Shown here one piece after another: positions 58,654 through 64,000 of a stretch of 64,000 nucleotides of DNA. How positions within the stretch are numbered: the stretch's first letter is position 1; each line of letters opens with the position of its first letter. Made by a program: the position numbers and the translations under genes. The stretch is taken from NCBI GenBank assembly GCA_947038565.1, contig CAMQWP010000005.1, positions 19,763 through 83,762 of the forward strand, written 5' to 3'. The DNA is from an uncultured Clostridia bacterium (GTDB lineage Bacteria > Bacillota > Clostridia > Christensenellales > UBA3700). The notes beneath the pieces are model-generated. The model saw nothing but the letters and a program-made list of their open reading frames with translations, was not told where the DNA came from and did no database searches.

Positions 58654-59768
58654 GTGTTGTAAAAGAGAGATATTGTCAAAATAAGCGTATTAATGCAATT
58701 AATTTTAAGTATAACGAAGTAAAGTTCGTAATGAAGAGTCTTTCGAAGATTAATGCCTTAGCGAATGAAAAAAGCTATTATCCGGAAAAGGAAAGAAAGT
58801 CGCTAAAAGTGAGAAAGAAAGAATTGAGGAAATGGCTTTTTCAACATAAGGACTTGAATATGTACTATAATTGTTATGGACAGGATGTTGTCAATTGTGA
58901 TTGTTATGATGATTATATGCCGTTCTATGAGTTCGTAAAGTTAAGAAGAGAGCAGTTGAGGCTTACTGATGTTAAAAACAAGTCAAGTTACGAAGTGCTT
59001 TTGCAAGATAAAGCAGTTTTTCATAACTTTTTTTCATCAATACTTGATCCTAAGTACTTGACTACTGTTATAGGTAATATTAATGCGGGGAAATTGATTC
59101 TCACCCGTAATCTAGAAGAGTTTGAAGGCAAATATCTGATAGTAAAACCTGTTGCAGATGATTCTAGTAGTGGCGTTCGGAAACTGTTATACAAAGATGG
59201 ACTACTTATAGAAAATGGTGTTGAATATACTGTTAATGAGTTTGTCTCTCACTACTCTAATGTTACAGCTTTGATTGAATTGTGTCAAGAACAACATAAA
59301 GACTTAGCAGCTTTGAATACAACAAGTTTGAATACAATAAGATTTATAACAATTATGAATCAAGATGATTTTGATATACAAATATTGGCGTCTAGCTTAA
59401 GAATTGGATCATCGATTAGCTCTTGTACAGATAATGCAGGAAGTGGTGGTCTCTCAGTTTCATTAAATGAATCTGGAGTGTTGTCTGAAATAGGTAAATA
59501 TTATAAACAGTTTGGAACAATAACTACTGTTCATCCAATATCAGGAATTGTATTCGCTGGGTATGTTGTACCGATGTATGATGAGGTTATTGCATTGGCT
59601 AAAAAAGCACATAGTGCCATTCCTCAAATTAAAAGTATTGGTTGGGATATCGCAATATCACCTAATGGACCAGTTCTTATTGAAGGAAATCCTGATTGGG
59701 CAATACAGCATATTCAAATGTCATGTGGTCCATTGAAGTCAAAAATTTACAAATTATTTCAACAATAA
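58650..59768 (+). CDS. Sugar-transfer-associated ATP-grasp protein
   Basis: DK..F, VKP, QH, SLNTIR..T, DN..SGG, IGWDIAI...GPVLIEGN. Confidence 0.85.
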   Translation: MSVVKERYCQNKRINAINFKYNEVKFVMKSLSKINALANEKSYYPEKERKSLKVRKKELRKWLFQHKDLNMYYNCYGQDVVNCDCYDDYMPFYEFVKLRREQLRLTDVKNKSSYEVLLQDKAVFHNFFSSILDPKYLTTVIGNINAGKLILTRNLEEFEGKYLIVKPVADDSSSGVRKLLYKDGLLIENGVEYTVNEFVSHYSNVTALIELCQEQHKDLAALNTTSLNTIRFITIMNQDDFDIQILASSLRIGSSISSCTDNAGSGGLSVSLNESGVLSEIGKYYKQFGTITTVHPISGIVFAGYVVPMYDEVIALAKKAHSAIPQIKSIGWDIAISPNGPVLIEGNPDWAIQHIQMSCGPLKSKIYKLFQQ

Positions 59769-59839
59769 TCAAAAATAATCTGACATAAAAGAGTGAAATT
59801 AAATAGTTTGCCGTATATACTTCTAATAAAGGAGTGTGT

Positions 59840-60175
59840 ATGGCAAATTTTTAGGATGTAGCTCGAATGGCTGATAAGATAGTGTGTGATGAGTGGGAGT
59901 GCGTTAAGCATAGAACACAAACGCTTAGTAGATTATATAAACTTGGAGAATTAAAGGATAGCGATATACATGCTAATATTGGAGATATAATAGCTGGAAC
60001 GAAGTCTGCTCGTGAAAATGAAGAGGAATTTATATATTACAATACTGTTGGATTAGCATTTATTGATGTTGCATTGTCAAAGTATTTCTATGACGAAGTT
60101 GTTAAAAATAATAAAGGAATGCTATTGAATTTATCAAATGATTCTATGATTGATTTAATACTTAATCAAAAATAA
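59840..60175 (+). pseudogene. Ornithine cyclodeaminase/mu-crystallin (SbnB-like) remnant, C-terminal portion only
   Basis: AAGGAG RBS then ATG GCA AAT TTT TAG, in frame with ADKIVCDEW...IGDIIAG...RE...YNTVGLAFIDVA; 102 aa versus roughly 330 aa for the family. Confidence 0.72.
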
Positions 60176-60195
60176 AATGTTATAATTTAATAAAT

Positions 60196-60238
60196 AAGTG
60201 CTCGATAAATAATTTATTATTAGCGAGCATTTTTTTTT
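60196..60238 (+). terminator. Probable intrinsic terminator
   Basis: TGCTCG...CGAGCA stem followed by T9. Confidence 0.6.
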
Positions 60239-60254
60239 AATAATGGAGATTATA

Positions 60255-60283
60255 TTGACATAAATTCATCCATATTTTAGTAT
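60255..60283 (+). promoter_or_regulatory. Promoter of the phage-tail-like cassette
   Basis: TTGACA-N17-TAGTAT. Confidence 0.55.
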
Positions 60284-60313
60284 TATTGCTATTATTTATA
60301 TATGGAGGTAAAT

Positions 60314-61618
60314 ATGATAAAATATTATAGTGATAGTAGAATTGATGTAAGTACTGTGGAGTTGCCACAGGATGGTGGTGAATATACTGAACAGATTGTG
60401 GTGATGGATGATGATTTGGATAGTGATTATTTTCTGGAGTTTGAATGTCCTAAAAGCATTAAATGTGTGAGTGGAAAGCTAGTGAATACGGGTGATAATA
60501 ATTATGAAATAAAGTTGCCGTATGTTATTATGCAAAGTATCGGTGACGTGTATGTTCAGCTTATTAAAGTAGATAGGATTACAAATGAGATAATAGGTAA
60601 ATCTTTGATTAGTAGTATGCCTGTATATACAATATCTAGATCAATTATGGCTGGTGAAACAGCAGTGCCACCAGATAAAGAGGAGTTTTTTGACTATGCT
60701 GTTAAAGTCGCTACAATGTGTGGTAATGTAGCTGATAATACTATGCAATTAGGCGAGAAGATATCTAAAGATATGGCAGTTATTAGTAATGATATGAATA
60801 TTTTGAGTGAAAATTTAGTTAATGAAATGGATGTTATCAATAATAATGTAACCACTTTAAATGCAAATATTATTTCGGATATGAATATTATAAATGAGTC
60901 GGCAAGCAAATTGGAAACGGACTTAGGTGTAAAGGTGGATACAATGTGCTCTACTAGCGAGGGCAAAATCGATACTGCAATAGAGAATGTAAATAAAATG
61001 GCTAGTAGTGGAGAATTAGACGGCGCCCATCTTGAAAATGCTGGCGAGTGGAAGATCGGCAATACTTATTATTCATATAATAACAATGAACATAATAAAA
61101 AAATCAGCATTGTTCACATACAGACAAAGGAAGGCATGAAGTGTTATTCTTGCAAGATTGGAGGCATTGCAACAGTACAAAATATGCCGCCGTTTGCAGT
61201 TTGTTGGGAGTTGTTTTTTGAATGTGAAAATGGGGGTGATGTGCCTGTTGTTGTCTATGATAATTTAGACTCTAATTTGGTAGGTGGAGTGGCATATCCT
61301 CAATCATTGCCATATGAAATAGTTGTTGATTTAAGTGCGTACAAGATGATTAACGTGCATATGCAGTTTTATGAAGGTAATACTATTTTCAGTACTAAGC
61401 TAGTTGATTTGTATCAAAATTTAGCAATGAGTGGTAGCATGAGGGCTGGCAGAAGTACGCTAACCGCAGAGTACTATACGATTGTATATAGTACAGTAAC
61501 TAATGTGCTTAAATCAGGTATTTTTGTAAGAAAATTCAGTGAACCATATGATCCAGGAACCATGTATGATGCAAGTAGTCATATAGGAATTAAAAGAATT
61601 GAGGGGATATTAAAATGA
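60314..61618 (+). CDS. Phage baseplate/tail-fibre-like protein
   Basis: BppU-like N-terminus (YFLEFE...GDVYVQL...KS...ISRSI), coiled-coil middle, GELDG..GEW..G.TY...YSC segment, beta-rich C-terminus; ATG 60314 behind GGAGG. Confidence 0.6.
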   Translation: MIKYYSDSRIDVSTVELPQDGGEYTEQIVVMDDDLDSDYFLEFECPKSIKCVSGKLVNTGDNNYEIKLPYVIMQSIGDVYVQLIKVDRITNEIIGKSLISSMPVYTISRSIMAGETAVPPDKEEFFDYAVKVATMCGNVADNTMQLGEKISKDMAVISNDMNILSENLVNEMDVINNNVTTLNANIISDMNIINESASKLETDLGVKVDTMCSTSEGKIDTAIENVNKMASSGELDGAHLENAGEWKIGNTYYSYNNNEHNKKISIVHIQTKEGMKCYSCKIGGIATVQNMPPFAVCWELFFECENGGDVPVVVYDNLDSNLVGGVAYPQSLPYEIVVDLSAYKMINVHMQFYEGNTIFSTKLVDLYQNLAMSGSMRAGRSTLTAEYYTIVYSTVTNVLKSGIFVRKFSEPYDPGTMYDASSHIGIKRIEGILK

Positions 61619-61998
61619 TAATAGCAGTTAGAGATAAAGAGATATTTGCAAATTGGCAGGATAGGTTTACAGAGGATGAAATTGTAAATGCACCATACTC
61701 TTATGAATTGGTATTAGTACCTGATTTTATAGATGTTAATGATGTGAAAAGCTCCGATATAGTAAGTGGACAATTTGATGCAAATAAATATAATGAACGA
61801 ATTAGATTAGCTAGTGAGGGTAAATATGCACATAAAGTATCTGAGATGATCAGGCAACAGTACGCAATAGATGATGAATTATCAATATTAAGACAGAAAG
61901 AGGTAAAGCCTGATGAATTTGCGATTTATAATGAATATTGTGAAAACTGTAAGCAGATGATAAAAAAACCCCAGTGTTCAAATGTAAAACTTTGTTAA
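61615..61998 (+). CDS. Small phage tail-fibre-associated (chaperone-like) protein
   Basis: ATGA-coupled; IRQQYAIDDELSILRQKEVKPDEFAIYNEYCENCK resembles small proteins encoded after phage tail fibres. Confidence 0.62.
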   Translation: MIIAVRDKEIFANWQDRFTEDEIVNAPYSYELVLVPDFIDVNDVKSSDIVSGQFDANKYNERIRLASEGKYAHKVSEMIRQQYAIDDELSILRQKEVKPDEFAIYNEYCENCKQMIKKPQCSNVKLC

Positions 61999-62003
61999 AA
62001 TGA

Positions 62004-62032
62004 TTGAATTAAATAGTAAAAAGTGCTATAAT
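62004..62032 (+). promoter_or_regulatory. Promoter restarting transcription of vioA-rfbA
   Basis: TTGAAT-N17-TATAAT with extended TG. Confidence 0.6.
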
Positions 62033-62060
62033 TATAATAATAATTAAAGTAAGAGGGTTT

Positions 62061-63170
62061 ATGGATAACAAAATCTTAGTAACACAAACATCTATGCCAA
62101 GTTTTGATGAATATTGTGAAGAAATAAAATCGGTTTGGGACAGCAAATGGTTGACTAATAATGGACCTATACATAATAAATTTAAGAGTCAGCTTGCTGA
62201 TAAAATGAATTGTGATAATATAGAATTATTTGTTAATGGTCATCAGGCGTTAGTTAATGTCATAAAATCAATGGGGTTGTCGGGTGAGATAATAACGACA
62301 CCTTTCACATTTGCCTCAACTACTAATGCAATTATTGAGGCTGGACTTGTTCCAGTTTTTTGTGATGTTAAATTAGATGATTATACCTTAGATTCTTCAA
62401 AAATCGAGGATCTTATTACTGATAAAACTTGTGCAATAATGCCAGTGCATGTATTCGGTTATATTTGTGATATTGATGCAATAAATGATATAGCAAAAAA
62501 ACATGATCTAAAAGTTATATATGATGCAGCACATGCATTCAGTGTCAAATACAAAGGTCAAGATATTGCTAATTACGGCGACTGCTCAATGTTTAGTTTT
62601 CATGCTACAAAAGTATTTAATACAATAGAAGGCGGATGCTTAGTGTTTACAGATAGTGCATTGAGTGAAAATATTGCTATGTACAGAAATTTTGGTCTTA
62701 ATCCATTAACCGGTGATATCGAGATTTGTGGTTCAAATGCTAAAATGAACGAGTTTCAAGCTGCAATGGGTATTTGTAATTTGCGTCATCTTGATAATGA
62801 AATCGCTAAGCGAAAAATTGTCAGTGATAAATATGATGAGCTGTTGAGCAGTGTCGATGGTATTTCAATCATGAGTGCTCAAGCTGATGTAGATAGGAAT
62901 TATGCTTACTATCCGATAGTGATTGATGATCAAGTTTATCCTTTAGATAGGGAGCTTTTAATCGAATTATTGAATGAAAATAATATTTTCCCTAGAAAGT
63001 ACTTTTATCCATCTTTGAATGATACGAAAGCTTATAAGGGTTTATATAAAGGCGTTACGCCAAACTCAAGCCAGATATCTGAAAGGGTCATTTGCTTACC
63101 TATGTATGCTGATTTGGATGTATCAAGTGTAGAAAAGATTTGCAGTATAATCTGGAGTGTAAACAGGTAA
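62061..63170 (+). CDS. vioA: DegT/DnrJ/EryC1/StrS aminotransferase (VioA-like)
   Basis: WLTNNGP, TTPFTFAST, YDAAHAF, SFHATKVFNTIEGG, RKYFYP. Confidence 0.88.
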   Translation: MDNKILVTQTSMPSFDEYCEEIKSVWDSKWLTNNGPIHNKFKSQLADKMNCDNIELFVNGHQALVNVIKSMGLSGEIITTPFTFASTTNAIIEAGLVPVFCDVKLDDYTLDSSKIEDLITDKTCAIMPVHVFGYICDIDAINDIAKKHDLKVIYDAAHAFSVKYKGQDIANYGDCSMFSFHATKVFNTIEGGCLVFTDSALSENIAMYRNFGLNPLTGDIEICGSNAKMNEFQAAMGICNLRHLDNEIAKRKIVSDKYDELLSSVDGISIMSAQADVDRNYAYYPIVIDDQVYPLDRELLIELLNENNIFPRKYFYPSLNDTKAYKGLYKGVTPNSSQISERVICLPMYADLDVSSVEKICSIIWSVNR

Positions 63171-63228
63171 TATTAGTAGTGATTTTTATTCAGTAGTTTA
63201 ATGATTGATACTTAACTTAGGAGGAATT

Positions 63229-64000
63229 ATGAAAGGAATTATTTTAGCAGGTGGTACGGGGAGTAGGCTTTATCCTATGACTAAAGTTGTATCAAAGCAG
63301 CTTTTGCCACTATATGATAAACCAATGATTTATTATCCATTGTCCGTCTTAATGCTTGGTGGTATAAGGGAAGTTTTAATAATAACTAATCCGTCAGATG
63401 AGGATATTTTCCGTGAGTTGTTTGGTGATGGAAGTCAGCTAGGTATGAATATTGAATACAAAGCTCAGGATAAACCTAATGGTCTTGCTGAGGCATTTAT
63501 AATTGGTGCTGATTTTATCGGCGATGATTCAGTTTGTTTAGTATTGGGCGATAATATTTTCTATGGTCAAAATTTATCTAAAGCAATGTGGAATGCTCAA
63601 AAAAAACTCGATGGTGCATACATTTTCGGCTATCCTGTTAATAATGCAAGCGAATTTGGCGTGGTAGAGTTTGACTCTAATATGAATGTCATCTCTATAG
63701 AAGAAAAGCCTAGTGAGCCTAAGTCAAACTATGCAGTGCCTGGGTTATATTTTTATGATAATACTGTAATTAAAAAAGCACTAGAGGTTAAGCCATCTCC
63801 TAGAGGTGAACTTGAGATTGGAAGTATAAATTTAGCTTATTTGAATGATGGCAAGTTGAAAGTAGAGCTTTTAGGCAGAGGAATGGCATGGCTTGATACA
63901 GGTACACCGAAGGGAATGCTTAAAGCAGCAGAGTTTATTGAGGCTGTACAGTCAAGGCAAGGTTACTATATTTCATGCATTGAAGAGATTGCTTGTAGAC
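63229..64000 (+). CDS. rfbA: Glucose-1-phosphate thymidylyltransferase (3' end beyond the window)
   Basis: Not in the ORF track. AGGAGG RBS; [60 protein letters not shown]. Confidence 0.96.
   Translation, partial: MKGIILAGGTGSRLYPMTKVVSKQLLPLYDKPMIYYPLSVLMLGGIREVLIITNPSDEDIFRELFGDGSQLGMNIEYKAQDKPNGLAEAFIIGADFIGDDSVCLVLGDNIFYGQNLSKAMWNAQKKLDGAYIFGYPVNNASEFGVVEFDSNMNVISIEEKPSEPKSNYAVPGLYFYDNTVIKKALEVKPSPRGELEIGSINLAYLNDGKLKVELLGRGMAWLDTGTPKGMLKAAEFIEAVQSRQGYYISCIEEIACR

Noticed and set aside
60314-61998. Intact prophage
   Set aside because: Only two phage-like genes; no capsid, terminase, integrase or lysis genes in the window.
1-64000. CRISPR array, tRNA, rRNA or IS element
   Set aside because: No spaced direct repeats, cloverleaf or rRNA signatures, or transposase ORFs were recognised.

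Overview
Low-GC bacterial chromosomal segment whose promoters, RBSs and gene content look like a gut-type Bacillota/Clostridia genome (taxonomy is inference; standard genetic code). Layout: (1-5.5 kb) Fe-ADH/TetR pair, radical-SAM maturase, RsmH paralogue, glutathione peroxidase, malic enzyme. (5.7-19.6 kb) A tightly coupled five-gene operon that I cannot assign to a named system: divergent lidless Hsp70, SNF2 helicase with a Cys-rich tail, a second Cys-rich protein, a 2226-aa multi-TM surface repeat protein and a C4-Zn-finger/Sel1 protein; this is the best candidate for a novel system. (19.8-41 kb) ABC exporter, AraC-MFS-GH129 locus, large lipoprotein with a structured leader, YtrA-type ABC operon, AraC-kinase-MATE, a GH36 alpha-galactosidase split by one in-frame stop, and a GNAT. 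(41-64 kb) A Wzx/Wzy polysaccharide locus (FucNAc and Qui4N-type pathways). It has a complex upstream region (twin promoters, 15-bp inverted repeat, gene remnant, structured leader), two decayed genes and an embedded two-gene phage-tail-like cassette. No rRNA, tRNA, CRISPR array, integrase or transposase was recognised. All family calls come from motif recognition by eye, not database searches.
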